A stretch of DNA of 63,471 nucleotides, the filler included, from Bonamia ostreae (taxonomy: Eukaryota): NCBI GenBank assembly GCA_040357525.1. It is 30 parts of 30 records of this genome, joined end to end, with 100 filler letters (N's around TTAATTAATTAA, not from the genome) between each part and the next. Parts side by side here need not be neighbours in the genome. Positions count along the whole stretch, not along the records: positions 34,049 to 36,064 come from JBDODL010001120.1; positions 36,165 to 38,179 come from JBDODL010001121.1; positions 38,280 to 40,294 come from JBDODL010001122.1; positions 40,395 to 42,408 come from JBDODL010001123.1; positions 42,509 to 44,521 come from JBDODL010001124.1; positions 44,622 to 46,633 come from JBDODL010001125.1; positions 46,734 to 48,742 come from JBDODL010001126.1; positions 48,843 to 50,849 come from JBDODL010001127.1; 22 more parts are not named here. One strand, written 5' to 3'. Below, one piece after another: positions 35,653-49,315 of the stretch (the first letter of the stretch is position 1; every line of letters starts with the position of its first letter). The translations under genes were made by a program, and so were the position numbers. Under the pieces are notes generated by a model that saw nothing but the letters and a program-made list of their open reading frames with translations, searched no databases and was not told the DNA's origin.

Positions 35653-38600
35653 GTAAGCATTTAAAAACATATCAGCTTAAATTGTCTAGGTGATAATTCA
35701 AATCAAATATAGGTTTTATTGATAACGTCTTTGAAGTTTGTTGTAGAATAATTAGAAAAGAAGTATAATCATTTTATTTATTGTATATCAGGCAATATGC
35801 CTTTTCATAACTCATTTAAATAATATGGACTGGGAACTGCAATACCTATTTAAGTTGTAATTGACCTGTTACACTAAAAGGTGGATATAACGATCTGCTA
35901 CGATCTGTATCCATCTGAGGTACATGTATATATGAACATTTACAATTTTTGTTTCACTTCTCAACACTTATCAGGCAGTTTGGGTACATACACGGGGAAA
36001 TATGTGAACCCGGTTCATCATCGGTCCAGACTCCAACATGTGCTCGCTCTCTCTCTCTCTCTCTNNNNNNNNNNNNNNNNNNNNNNNNNNNNNNNNNNNN
36101 NNNNNNNNTTAATTAATTAANNNNNNNNNNNNNNNNNNNNNNNNNNNNNNNNNNNNNNNNNNNNTATAAGAATACAAAGGCAACTAGCATTCGAATTTCA
36201 ATCCTATTACGATTACAAGGCATAATTTCAAAACATGCTTGCTATAAATGTTTGGTAAGAATGAATTATTTTCATTTTGTGTCCTGGCTAGTGAGTCGCA
36301 AACCATTAGTTGCTGATGTCAATCCGGTACATGCATATGTGCATCTTGCGCTGACCCCATTCCACACTTTCCGCAAGAAATCAAACATTTGTGTTGATTT
36401 CAAATGCCCAGATTAGCTGACCCTCACTAGTTCTATTGTGCAGAAAACCCTTTAAATTTCAATGGAACATACAATTCATACACAGACACCCCCGATAAAT
36501 ATTTGTATTTCAAAGAAAATTGTAAAATAATGACGCCAAAACTGGATCTAAAACATCGCAATTAGGAGAGAAAGAGAGAGAGAGAGAGAAAGTAAGTATT
36601 GAATATCCCTGTTACATTCACTAATTCACATTCAAAACACGAATTACTTGTACTATTCTTTACTATTATCACTACTATTATCAAACAGTGAATCTAAGAA
36701 TATTAAAGAAATCAAGGAAGCGGATTGGAATGATTTTTTTAACTCAGGATTTCACAAGAACATACATAGTGTTTCGTATCATAGTAATAATCTCATTAAT
36801 CAGAAAAACAATATACAGATCAGGGGGGATCCACCTTTACCAAGTGTATTTAGCTTGCGACACAAGTTCAAACCTGCTGCAAGGCGACTGATAGCTACAA
36901 CATTTATCAGCACTCCACAGGACTGACAGTACTTTCCTTAGCAATTATCATTAAATATCAGAACCTACAGTATAAAGCAATCCTCTGCACCAGCAGAAAG
37001 TATCAGTACCAACAGTAAAACTCAGTAATTATCAAAATCCATATCAGCACGAACACCACGATAACAGTAATTATCATCAATTATCAGCAAAACATGACTC
37101 TCTCAGTACATTTTCCACCCAGTAATGAATTGTATTTCATCTGGGCCTTCTTATTCACTGTACGTTATATTTACCTTTTCATTGGACGTTAATGTATAAA
37201 TTTACCAAAGGAATACTTATATCAATCTTGCAAAAACACCTTAATCCAATTATGTAAATCTGGGAAAGAAATATTGATACTCGTTGTTGTGTAAAATGTA
37301 CTTGGTTTACACTTGTGATATAGACATGATTCTCGATGGAACTATGTTTGTCATATAATTTAAACATTACGTAACACTTGTTTTGCCATAACACTACGTT
37401 CTAGAAACAAAAGCTCTGGACACTTTACTGTAGTATGAATACACTGTACATTTTGTAGCATTGAGCACTCGATCAGGTACTCCGTTTGTACTTATTAAGC
37501 AGTCTAAGGAATTACTGGGATATTTTGGACATTGGATGTAACAAACGATTTTTGACAGTTTGCATTATGTGTGGAAATTCAGCATGGCATTAAACCAGTA
37601 TCGGGCACTGATTTTGCATATTTATTGCAAGTTCGTAATTTGTTATTGATATACAGTTCAATACTTGTAAATAAATAGTTCAAAATCGTTGAATATCTTT
37701 GTGAGCTTGAATGTCGTTTTTAGTTTCAAAAGCTCAGTGCAAATTCACAAATGGTCTCAATCGGAAGATATGAATATAAAGCTATTTCCGTATAAGTGGA
37801 AGTATTAGCGACTCTGTAGTTCCAGGAAAATAGCTATAACCTCCAAAAAGGAATGAATAGTTAGAGATATGCAATTGTAACGATCTCATCATTCTCGCTA
37901 GTAGTTCCTAAAATATATCCTCGCTATGCTTCTACGGTGAAGTTGCTGAGATAAATATGTTCATATAACTATGTATAAATAAATGAATTAGAATACATGG
38001 TTTTTATCAAGAACATTCACAAACCATAAAGAACATTATTTCAATTCTCTTGACAATTGTTTATGAAACAAGACTGCTTCCGATAATCTATAAAAAAGAC
38101 GACTTGACAACATAGGTCGAACGATGTTCAGATTGCCTTCAGTTAGACCGGGAGAGTTAATTAACGAGAGGTGAAGATANNNNNNNNNNNNNNNNNNNNN
38201 NNNNNNNNNNNNNNNNNNNNNNNTTAATTAATTAANNNNNNNNNNNNNNNNNNNNNNNNNNNNNNNNNNNNNNNNNNNNAATATTGATCATGTAATGGTT
38301 AACAAAGTTGCATTATGTTAAGATTCTATCAATTTCATACGATGTTCTATTATATCAACAGCTTTAAATGTATCACATAATATAAACACATATTTTCAGC
38401 ATGGATTGTGGTCGAGTCACTTGATTTAAAGTTTTATTTTACGTGTAGGTTATATATCTTCAGCAAAGGTTCTTTTTTGCATAAAATGTTGAAATGAGAT
38501 TATTTACGCAGAATGTTACGCAAGCAACTTGACTTGGAATCAGATGGGGACATATATTATCATGCAATACTAACATAATACTTGTTTGTTTTATTTCATC

Positions 38601-39012
38601 AGACCCCATTTACTCAATCGACTGGACTAACCAATGTTAGTCTTTCTTGCTACAGAAATACGATTCTACAGGTGAGGGGTATTCGTTAACCACCACTGTT
38701 GTATGTATACGTAAAGGATGACAAATTTGTCTTTGATATATTAATTTGCATTTTAAACAAATGAGCATTGATTTTGTGTTATCAATTTTTATTACTTGCA
38801 CAATAAATCTAACAATAGTAACATTCGAAATCTTAATCAGTAATATTGTTTGTACTTTCCAGACGTTGGCTGAAACCCCTTTATTTCAACATATGTTGAA
38901 TGAGAGCATCAAGAAGAAAGTCTGTATTGCAGCTCTACCACAATTTATTATCGATAGACAATAAATATTACGATTTGGGAATATTTTATTTCTTATATCG
39001 AATACATTTTAG

Positions 39013-39140
39013 AGCACGAGTATGGGTACGAGTTGGATTGGCTTACTTTCAACTATCCTGGGACGAATTGGAGCAAAAACCACTGGAGATCATGATATGC
39101 TGGATACCTTATACCATTTTCACGATGCATTCAACAAAAA
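39013..39140 (+). pseudogene. Possible DhaL/DAK2-like exon, probably degenerate; host-type contig
   Basis: GAKTTGDHDMLDTL resembles GAxxGDRTMLDAL; AG/GTAAG bounded. Confidence 0.25.
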
Positions 39141-40394
39141 GTAAGATCACAACAAGCCTTGTCTGAAAATCGCTTCGCTTAAAACACATTACAATCGTTC
39201 GGCAATTTACTTGACTGATTTCATAAAAATGTTTACCAATATTTGAATTTTCTTTTTAAGCACTAACGAAAATGCACAAACAAATAGAGGATCCCATTGC
39301 AAAAATATAGGTCACATTTGTACTTCTTTTCAACAAACAGTATAATCCACACTGGATCACGCCTTTTATTTCAAATACACCCATATGTGATTTCTCAATT
39401 TGCGCAATAATTTCCCATGCCCGCAATCAATTAAAAGATAATATATCCTTCCATTTTAAATAATTTTGCTTTTGTTGGTAACCATTCTTGAAACCTATAT
39501 ATTGTTTTTACATGTATTGGAATGATTTTTTTTATCATTACGGTCTTCCAATTCTGGAGCAGGGTGGGACACCATATCTATTGATACGAAATATTTTGTG
39601 AAAATATATCTATAACAAAAGTTCTAGATAATGACGAAAAATATAGCATGCTAAGACGATTGCGTATCAGATTTATAAAGTATTCAGGACAAATAGTGTA
39701 AGAAACAATAACTGAGTAGAGATTGAAAATGTCTTTCGCATGCAATTGCGCTTCTCTTAAAATGCCGACTCAGTTTGATCATACATTTCTTTAAAGTACT
39801 AAGGCTTTTCTTGTGCTGCAATAGCAAACTAATCTTTTGTGACACGTTTTTAAATGAGTATCGTCGTGTTTGTGTAACGTTTAATTCATTTATATACTTC
39901 ATATTTCATTTATATATGATTATTATTTTTTTTTGTTACCTGGATTTTTTATTTAGACTTAAGTATATTCATAGTTTATGGTCTTGAGACCTGAAATTGC
40001 ATATCCCACTAATCTCGAAACCTATAAGCATTTCTTTACAACGTAGTAGAAAATATGTAGATAATTGCAAGGCGGATATGACAATATTAAGTTTCATTGT
40101 TCAGTTTCTTAAATAAGGTAACGAAGAGTCAGAGTTATCAATATCGCAAACACCGAATAGAAATTATTAAGCAGAATAATTTATAAAAGTTTTATGTTCT
40201 CTTTCTCGTAAACATAAGATATTTTGTGAAGTATTAAACAATATTATGTCATTTAAAGCAATATTCCATCTTTAATTTTTTTCGACCTCTTTGANNNNNN
40301 NNNNNNNNNNNNNNNNNNNNNNNNNNNNNNNNNNNNNNTTAATTAATTAANNNNNNNNNNNNNNNNNNNNNNNNNNNNNNNNNNNNNNNNNNNN

Positions 40395-41063
40395 AAGCAC
40401 AGATTCCTTGTCGGTGGCATTGGGATCATCCAACAAATTAAAAATCTCGAAGAAAAAGTTTCCGAGACTTCTTTTGTTTAGACAAATTGTCAAATACCCC
40501 ATTCCTTCCGCGGTCAGTTTACATATTTGGAAATTTCTTTTTATTAAAATTTTGCAATTTTAGTCAAATTTTTTCGAAAAAATTTATAAAAATCGCAAAA
40601 TCGAATTTTTGAAAAATCGCAAAACGGGTCGTCGATTAATATCGACAGTTCTTTCTTTATTTTTTCGTAATAAATTTCCAATAAATGGCGAAAAGGGTTA
40701 GATCGGAAAGCGTCTTGGAGAGTTTCCAAATTTTCAGCGCGTGTTTTAATGCTGTAATCGTTAGATTTCGCATTTTGTAATTTTGTAAAGACGTCTTGCA
40801 AAAAACTAGATTCTTTTAAGTTTTTGATCATTAAACCTTTTTGCTGAACCATTTGCGATAAAAACGATTGCTAAATTTGTTGTTTAGGAATTTAGTTAAA
40901 TGTTAAATTTCTTGGCTAATTTTGCGATTTTTCAAAAGTTTTTGTTTTTACTAAATGATTGTATCCTCTCCAATCATCAGTAATAATGAGACAATGTAAC
41001 AACGTTTTGTAACAATAATCTCGATATCGTCAGAAATTTTATAAATTTACGACTAAAACTCAT
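40395..41063 (-). CDS. Hypothetical multi-exon protein, 3' truncated
   Basis: Phase-consistent GT-AG exons around the ORF 40544-40852; divergent from DPM1. Confidence 0.45.
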
Positions 41064-41222
41064 TGCTATTTTTGTCATTTTTATTTTTGTTTTCTTGCGA
41101 CATTTAAATTCTAAAAAGCGTTTTTCTTTAAAGTTGTAAATAAAAATATTCCGAAACGAAATTTTTGTTATTAGAGTTTAATTAAATTTTTAAAATAAAA
41201 ATCGGCAAATTTACGTCTCGAA

Positions 41223-42104
41223 ATGCTTTCGATTTTAATTCCTGTTCTTAACGAAAAGAAAAATCTGCCAATTTTGATTTTTCTCATTTTCAAATATCTT
41301 CGCACGATTGATTTTGAAATCATCATTCTCGATGATAACAGGTAATTTTGAGGAATTTATCCAGTCAAGATGGAACATTTGAAGTAGCAAAGAAACTTCA
41401 AAAATTTTACGGCGAAGATAAAATTGTAAAAATTGAAAATTTTAAGATTCCAATTTTCCGCAAGGGAAAAGGCATTGGTTCCGCCTACAAAAAAATGTTC
41501 GCGCAATCCAAAGGGGAATTTGTTGTTATCATGGATTCTGACTTGTCGCATCACGTTTGATAACAAAATGACTTTTACAAAAATGGTCTTGAACCATTTC
41601 AGATTTTTTTAATAAAACATTAACAAACTAAAGCCAAAATTCATACCAAAATTCGTCGAAGCGCAAAAATCGGACGATTATGACATTGTTAGCGGATCTA
41701 GATATAGTTTATTACCTCGAAGCTTTAAATTCGCAAAAAAATTAGTTGAAAATGGGGGAGTGTACGGGTGGAATTTGAAACGAAAATGCTTTTCAACAAT
41801 AGCAAACATTTTTGCCAAAGTCCTTCTCGGCACTCGCTCAAGCGATTTAACGGGGAGTTTTCGTCTTTACAGACGAAAGACATTTAGCGATCTTTTAAAA
41901 AACGTCAAATCGCTCAATTTCAATTTTCAAGTTAATAAAAATATTCGTAAGATGGAAATAATGGCACGAGCAGAACATTCAAACTTTAAAATAAAAGAGG
42001 TTCCAATAACGTTTGTTGACAGAATTTATGGTCACTCGAAATTGGGAATTGGTGAAATTGTTAATTATATCAAAAAAGTGATTGAATTGTCAGTTATTGA
42101 TTAA
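41223..42104 (+). CDS. DPM1: Dolichol-phosphate mannosyltransferase subunit 1
   Basis: SILIPVLNEKKNL, ILDDNS|QDGT, IMDSDLSHH|PKFIP, GGVYGW, SDLTGSFRLY and EVPITFVDRIYGHSKLG. Confidence 0.96.
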
Positions 42105-42286
42105 ACGATAAAACATTTTTTACAAATATTTTCAAATCGATATTTTCAAAAATGAATGACAATCAAAAAATTTAAAATTGTTTACAAAAAATCATTTTTT
42201 TAAAAATTGTTGAAAATTGATTTTCCGTTTATTTTCATGATTAATTTGAAAAAAGTTTTGAAAATAACAAAATCGACCTTTTATGT

Positions 42287-42408
42287 TTACTTTTTAAGGT
42301 TGATCTCTGCGACAACCTCTTCAGCTTTTCTCAAATCATATTTCATCCCATCAAATTCTCTTCTCAAATCACTGTTTCTCAAATCTAAACACAAAAAGCC
42401 TTCGTACA
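42287..42408 (-). CDS. TSN: Translin, C-terminal fragment (missed by the ORF track)
   Basis: GFLCLDLRNSDLRREFDGMKYDLRKAEEVV matches the translin motif GFxxLNLKNDxLRKRxDGLKYDxKKxEEVV. Confidence 0.85.
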
Positions 42409-42644
42409 NNNNNNNNNNNNNNNNNNNNNNNNNNNNNNNNNNNNNNNNNNNNTTAATTAATTAANNNNNNNNNNNNNNNNNNNNNNNNNNNNNNNNNNNN
42501 NNNNNNNNTAATAAATCCAAAAACGACTAATCTTCGAAATAGAACAAATCTTATTTATCCATTTGAGGTACATGTTAAATCGATCGAGTTGTTTTAATAG
42601 TGAATTTTAGAAAAATAAATAACAGAACGCCACAAAAATAAAAA

Positions 42645-43163
42645 ATGTACGCCGCCAAACTGTTAGGGATTTTTACTACCGCGGCAACGATATCTGTATT
42701 AATCGCTGCGACAGTAATACCTAATTGGATTGAAGTTGACACGTATGATGCAGACTACCACGGGGGGCTCAAAAGTTATTACTACAAATCCTTTTCCTTC
42801 ACATCTGCAAAAATTAAATACCCCGGAAACTCTTCCGATATGTACCATCTCTGCACGAACAATTGCGACAATATGATTGACAGCTTCAAAAGTGTGTATG
42901 TTTTGATGGTGGTATCTTCTTGTTTGGCAGTAATTGTTTTGCTCGGATTCTTTGCTCCTAGAAGGGGCCAACGTTTCTGTAAAAGAGTTTCAATTATTTC
43001 TTTGATTGTTGCAACAACGCTTGTTTTTTCTGCTTTAATGGTTTGTATTCACGCGATGACGAATTATGTGAATGAATTCTATTTTGCAAATTATTGTTTT
43101 TGGATAACGATTCTTTCTTGTTGTTCTTTGCCATTTTTGATTATTTTTGTGATATTTCAATAA
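42645..43163 (+). CDS. Claudin/PMP22-like four-TM protein, intronless
   Basis: Four hydrophobic helices; first loop has W...GGL...C-x3-C. Confidence 0.65.
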   Translation: MYAAKLLGIFTTAATISVLIAATVIPNWIEVDTYDADYHGGLKSYYYKSFSFTSAKIKYPGNSSDMYHLCTNNCDNMIDSFKSVYVLMVVSSCLAVIVLLGFFAPRRGQRFCKRVSIISLIVATTLVFSALMVCIHAMTNYVNEFYFANYCFWITILSCCSLPFLIIFVIFQ

Positions 43164-43192
43164 ATGCAGTTGATTTTTGTTCAACATTGTTC

Positions 43193-43941
43193 TTAAAATA
43201 GACCAATTTGCGAATAAAAATAATATTTACTGTCCCAAGTTTCATTTTTTCCCATTAACCACAAAATAATGACGGCGTAAAACAATTTTAGTTTTAGTTT
43301 GTCTTCAACGCTGTGGTGGTCAGGAAGAACGAACGTAAACAATAGCAAAGACATCTTTTTTGATTCGTAGAATGGCTGAAAATATTCAATGACAATGTTT
43401 TCCCACACTTTTCGAGTACTTTTCAAATTACGCTTCCAAATTTCAGTGCACCAAAGTTCTCCTTTTGCGCTCAACAAATCTTTCGCACGTTCTTCGAAAT
43501 AAGTTGTGTCGATCAAGTTTTTCGAAAAACGCTCAAATCCTCCGAAAAGTAAAATTTGCTCTGTTGTTGTTTCATCAATTTCAAAATCAAAAGGAGAAAA
43601 AAGAGATTTAAGAATTGACAGAATATCGACCGGATCGCCAAAAACGCCTTCTGAAACAATATCAAACGCGTTTTTCGACATAAAAAGTGCATTCAAATGA
43701 GTCGATACTCTTACTGATTTTTCTTTTATATTCTTGAATTGAGCGTCAAAAGTAATCTCTTTCAACTTTTCTATAAAATCTGGAGCATCCTTTTAATTAC
43801 AAATAAAACGTTTTCGTCATTTTTCTTAATTGAAGGTGTCTCCAATAAATTTTTAAACCAGAACAAACTGGAGAACAGTCCAAACGACAAGATTATCATG
43901 GGAAAGGTTACAACTATAAAACCAGCAGATTCAGATTCCAT
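43193..43941 (-). CDS. Hypothetical protein with N-terminal hydrophobic anchor
   Basis: ORF 43193-43765 extends upstream through a 20-nt intron at 43790-43809. Confidence 0.55.
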
Positions 43942-44132
43942 CCAAAAACAATTCGTTTTATTTTTAAAATTATCTTTTTCATTTGAAACGAATGAGCACT
44001 TTCAATCCCAATTTAACTTTAATTGTTTTGTTAGTCCCTAAATTTGAACTCAGAAAGACATTTGAATGCTTATCCTGTTTCGAGGTGCAAAATAGAAAAA
44101 CTTATTTTTCGAGGTGAAAGACATTTCGAGGT

Positions 44133-44169
44133 GCTTCAACATTCAGTCGGAAAGACTGAATGTTGAAGC
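44133..44169. repeat. Perfect 16-bp hairpin preceded by three TTTCGAGGTG direct repeats
   Basis: GCTTCAACATTCAGTC-GGAAA-GACTGAATGTTGAAGC; direct repeats at 44078, 44107 and 44124. Confidence 0.9.
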
Positions 44170-44621
44170 CATTTCCTGCTCCAAAAAACTAGATTGAAAA
44201 CTGATGTGTTCGAGTAGGTCAAATCGTAGATATAACTAAAACTAATTTGATATTATAAATCAAAATTCCAATTTGTTAAAAAAACCACAAAAAACAGGTT
44301 TACGAAAATCTTAAAATCATTCATATATAAACGGACAAGAGCAAAAAGAAAAACCATTATGGAGCACATGGCAAACTCTGAAAATGAAAAGAGTGAAATA
44401 GACTTAATAACACAGGAGAATTCTACTTTTGAAGCAATGTTTCCGGTCAGCGAGTATGACGAAACGGTCGATGAAACCATCTGTGACCCCCCAGACAAGA
44501 CTTTCGATGTGCGGGGAATAGNNNNNNNNNNNNNNNNNNNNNNNNNNNNNNNNNNNNNNNNNNNNTTAATTAATTAANNNNNNNNNNNNNNNNNNNNNNN
44601 NNNNNNNNNNNNNNNNNNNNN

Positions 44622-46600
44622 CAAAGATGAACTTAAAAACTTTCCGAAAAAATGGTCGGCTTTTCAGCGTCGACAAATCGATTTATTAATTTTAGAATAA
44701 AAGCTTTTGCGCTTTTTGGTCCCTTTTGCGCCAGAAACTTTGAGATTTTTGTAGCCGCAAAATCCAAACCGGTTTTTAACAACCAATTTTTCAACTTTTT
44801 AATTTAACAATTTTACGTTGTCTTGAGCTTTCACGCGGATTTGTTTGTTGCTGTTCGATAGACAGATAAACAATCCTTCTTCTATTAATCTGAACAACTT
44901 TTCAAGTCTTTTCGGCGAAATTGTTTCTGTTAAAAATTAAATTTTTTGTCCAAATTTCAATATTTTGAAAATTTCATTTTTGCAAATTTAAGATTTTAGA
45001 AAAAATTGTAAAGTGCAATCTGTAAACCTGAAAAAACAAGAAAAATTTCCGAAACAATGTCGATGCTTTGCCGATTTATAATTAAAATGTTTTCTTTAAA
45101 TCTTTCGTTCAATAACGGCAAAATTTCTTCGATTTGTTCGATTTGCGAATTCTTGATTTCTTTTTTGATCGATTCGAGGGCTTTGAGCCGTTTTTGCCAG
45201 GTTTGATCTGAAATGAGAATTTTCAGTTTTGGCCAATTTTTGTTTTTAGTGATTTTGTCCAATTTTGTTGTTTTTGTCGATTTTTTTAAGTGTTTTATTA
45301 TCTTTAGTCAATTTTAAGTTGTTTGAATTTTTAATTTGTGAAAATTTTGCCATTTAGTCAATTTGATAATTTTTTTGTTTTTTGTTGATTAATAATGGAC
45401 AAATTGCGATTTTTATCAAAAATTGTTAAAAAAAAATGCAATTTAAATTAATGGACAAAAAACTTTTTGACATCTCTTTTCAACAATTTCCGATTCGCAA
45501 CTCGCCATTATCGCCTCGACAATCTCTATATTTTCCTCGATCGCCCCAAAATAAAAAATATCAAATTCTTCAAAAAGCTCTTCGACCCAAAACATAAAGT
45601 TTCCTTCCATTTTCCCCCCAAATCCGTTCTTCATTTTATCCAAAAACGGTTTCGCAAAACATTGAAGAACTTTTTCAGGACCAATATTTTCGCAAACTGT
45701 AGTCAAAAAAGCTTTAAAATCGTTTTGAATTTGATCTTCTTCGAACAATCTTACGCAAATCGAAAGTTTTTCGAGGGACAAAATGTCGAAAGAAATGTGC
45801 GCTTTTTTGATGATTTCGGTCAACATCAAAAGCAAATCTAAAATGACATTTGACCAATTTTGTGTTTTATCGATTTGGTTAAAAAACAAATCGATCTTTA
45901 AAAATTGGAAAAAGTCGTTGCAAAAATTTTTGCCGTCTTTGAACGAACTTGTTGTAATATCTTTCATTTGCCTCATCAACTTTTACGTTTCGAAAAAAAA
46001 CTTTTGATTTTTCTTCAAAATCATCGGACTTTGCATATTTTGTTAATAAATCAATTCCATATATTTCTAGAACATTGTCCGGAAATTCAAAATTTCGGTT
46101 TTCTTTTAAGAGCTTCAGTTTGCTCTTTTTCGAAGGAAATTTTTTCATTATCGCGTTCTCTCCGTTATTGATCGGCGAAACCATTTTTTTGTGTATCGGA
46201 CTTGTCAAGCTTATTGAATCGATCGATTCTTTTGACGAATTTGGGTTGTTTTTGGCGGAATTTCTTAATCGCGTGATCGTCTTGTGCGCTCTGGGATTTT
46301 TTCTTTTCATTTCGATGAAGGCGTTTCCAACGAACGAATAACCGTCGTCGTTGCCATTTTTGTCGCAATCCAGCAAAATCGAGAAAAGTTCATGGGACTT
46401 CGATCTGACGGTAACAGAGCCGTCTTCGAATTTGGACATTGCGATCTTTGCGAGATTGCCCACATTCTTCCTTATTTTGTTTGCGTCTTTCTGAAAAATC
46501 GGAACGAGCCAAATTAGTGTTTGTTCGCGCACGCGCGGTGCTTTATCGTTTAGCGCTTTTTCGATTGAATCGTAGACGTCGTCTATCGTCACGCTCTTTG
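44622..46600 (-). CDS. XMAP215/ch-TOG/Dis1 family microtubule polymerase (TOG HEAT repeats), internal fragment
   Basis: EKALNDKAPRVREQTLIWL, EDGSVTVRSKS, SDQTWQKRLKALE and LSNSNKQIR. Confidence 0.7.
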
Positions 46601-46785
46601 TTGAAAAATTGTCAAATTTTGAGACAATAAAATNNNNNNNNNNNNNNNNNNNNNNNNNNNNNNNNNNNNNNNNNNNNTTAATTAATTAANNNNNNNNNNN
46701 NNNNNNNNNNNNNNNNNNNNNNNNNNNNNNNNNCAAATTAAATTTTGATTTTAAAATTTTTAAAATTTAGAGAATTCAAATAAAC

Positions 46786-48504
46786 GGTCTCAGAAACACA
46801 TCTTTTACTGATAACATTGCAGCGATAGATATAAGTTCTTCGGAACAACCATTTTTGCTTGCCCAAATTATCTTTTTTAATATTTAAATTTGAATTAATT
46901 CTCAAAAACAGATTTTGAAGTTCTAGGATCCAATGGCATTTCTGTGCAAATTTCGCCGATTTTTGTCAAATTGTTTTGATCGTCAATTATCCCGAGTTCA
47001 TACAATTGCTATTAAAATTTACAAAATTTGGCATTTTTGTTTGGCAATCAAAATTTGCAATTAAAAACATTAATACTTTCTATAACTATTTTCGATGGAG
47101 GCGGAGAAAAGAACTCAAAATTGGCAATATTATCAATTCCTAAAGCTTTAAGTTGCAAAATAGGCTCAGTCATTTTTGTTCTTTGAATTTCAGGAACGTT
47201 TTCCTTTTGCAACAAAGCGAAGTCATTTTCTGTACACAATCTGAAACATTTTCCTGGTGACATCCTTCCCTTTCAATTAAAAGTTAAAGCTGTTTTGGAT
47301 TTTTCCATTTTATCGATAATCGTTAATATTTCGTTAAATAACAACGAAACGGCAAAAATGACAAAAGTAAAATAAACTGCTCTGCCCTTTCGCTGTTCAG
47401 CAGATGCTTTTGAAATGGGAACGGACGTTAAGCAGTTTAAGCTTAAATCGGGATCAAAGATATTAATTTTTGCATAAAGTGCATCGATGACGTAAACGAT
47501 GCCGGGAATGGTTACAGACGTTTCTGCCATGTTTGTGCAAACGATTACTTTTCTTGTGTTCATCGCTGATTTTTGAAAGCACTAAAAGAAAAATTAAATC
47601 GATTTTACAAATTCAAAAAATTTAAATCGATTTTACAAATTCAAAAAATTAAATCGATTTTCATAAATCAAAAAAATTAAATCGATTTTACAAATTCAAA
47701 AAAATTTAAATCGATTTTCATAAATCAAATTTTCAAATTCAAAAAAAAATTAAATCGATTTTACAAATCAAAAAAAATTAAATCGATTTTCCAAATTGAA
47801 AAATGAAAAATTTTAAACTTTTAGTTGTTGTTTCGAACTTAAAGACGAGTAAAGCGGAAGAACAATTAATGGCTTTTTGTTTTTGGATCCCAAATTTGCT
47901 TCTTCACTCATCGATTCTTCTCTCAAAATAGCACAAACGCTGTCAACTTCTTCTTCTCCGGTCAAAAAAACAAGAATATCGCCCTTTTCGAAAAATTTTC
48001 AAATTTTATAAAATCGAATTTGCAAAATATCAAAATAACTTCTCTTTCGTTGTAGTTTATCTGTTTGACTAATTTTATAACCGTTTCAGTGTAACTTTTT
48101 GTTGGACTTTCAAGATAAAATGTGTCTTTTATTTAGTCAATTTTAATTTTTTGCTCAATTTTTTTTGTTTGTCAATTTTATTTTTTTGATAATTTTTGTT
48201 AAAAATTGAAAAAATCGTTTGAAACCAACTGGAAAAGTTTTTCCTTCGACAAACAACAAAGCTGATTTTTCTTTAAAAGCTTTTTCTTTCGAAAATTTTC
48301 CCAACATTAAAGCTCTGTCAAAAAACTCTTTTATGGCAGTTGCATCCAATGTGGCTGAAGAAACGATTAGTCTGAGATCTCTTCGTTTTCTCATAATTTT
48401 CTTAAGCAGTCCTAATAGCAAATCTGTGGCAACGCTGCGTTCATGCACTTCATCTAAAACGACTACAGAATATGCTCCGAGAAGTGGATCGTCCATTAAT
48501 TCGC
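46786..48504 (-). CDS. DHX35: DEAH-box RNA helicase, DHX35-like, internal fragment
   Basis: DPLLGAYSVVVLDEVHERSVATDLLLGLLKKI...LIVSSATLDA, GDILVFLTGEEEV, TNMAETSVTIPGI and QRKGRA|GR. Confidence 0.85.
47590..47800. repeat. Intronic ~27-nt minisatellite in DHX35
   Basis: About 7 copies of AAAAAATTAAATCGATTTTACAAATTC between the GTTT donor (~47818) and TTAG acceptor (~47582). Confidence 0.9.
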
Positions 48505-49315
48505 CTTTTTTAATTCCGAAAATGCTAATTTTGAAACAAAAATAAATTGAAAAATATGAAAATTTGTAAAAAAACACCAATTTTAAAGCAAAAAATAAAT
48601 TAAAAAAATATAAATTTTGAATCAAAAAATACATTTAAAAAATAATAAAATTTTGTAAAAAAAGCAATTTTGAAGTAAAAATAAATTGAAAAAATAAAAA
48701 TTTTGTAAATAACAACAAAATAAAAAAACAATAAGATTCAATNNNNNNNNNNNNNNNNNNNNNNNNNNNNNNNNNNNNNNNNNNNNTTAATTAATTAANN
48801 NNNNNNNNNNNNNNNNNNNNNNNNNNNNNNNNNNNNNNNNNNGGTTAAAATGCTAAAATGACATATCTTCGAAAAGGAAAATGGAGAGATTTGATTAAAT
48901 TTTAGTTATTGATTCGGATGGAATAAAGTCTGTTTCGAATCATTATTTATAACTTGAAAAAAATGAAGGTGGCGAACTTTTCGTCGCTCGTCATCATTTT
49001 TTGAGTTAATAACAATTCACATGCAAATTTTCTTCAGCGAGTTGAAAGAAGAAGAATTTTAATAGAATCTGTTAGTGGCCACGAAAATTTTAGTATGAGA
49101 TCATCAGACCAGCTCTGATTTTCTCTTAATAGTCAAAATTTAGTGCTTCCATTTTGCCCTTTTTGAACAAAGCGTTATAATCTCGCCTAAATTTCGCTGC
49201 CTAAATTTTCGGGACTACTATTATAAAATTTCAGATAGATAGACCCCTTCCATAAAAAGCAATACTACTATTATATGCTCTAAGCTTTAAAATCCCACCG
49301 AAAATTATAAGCTCA

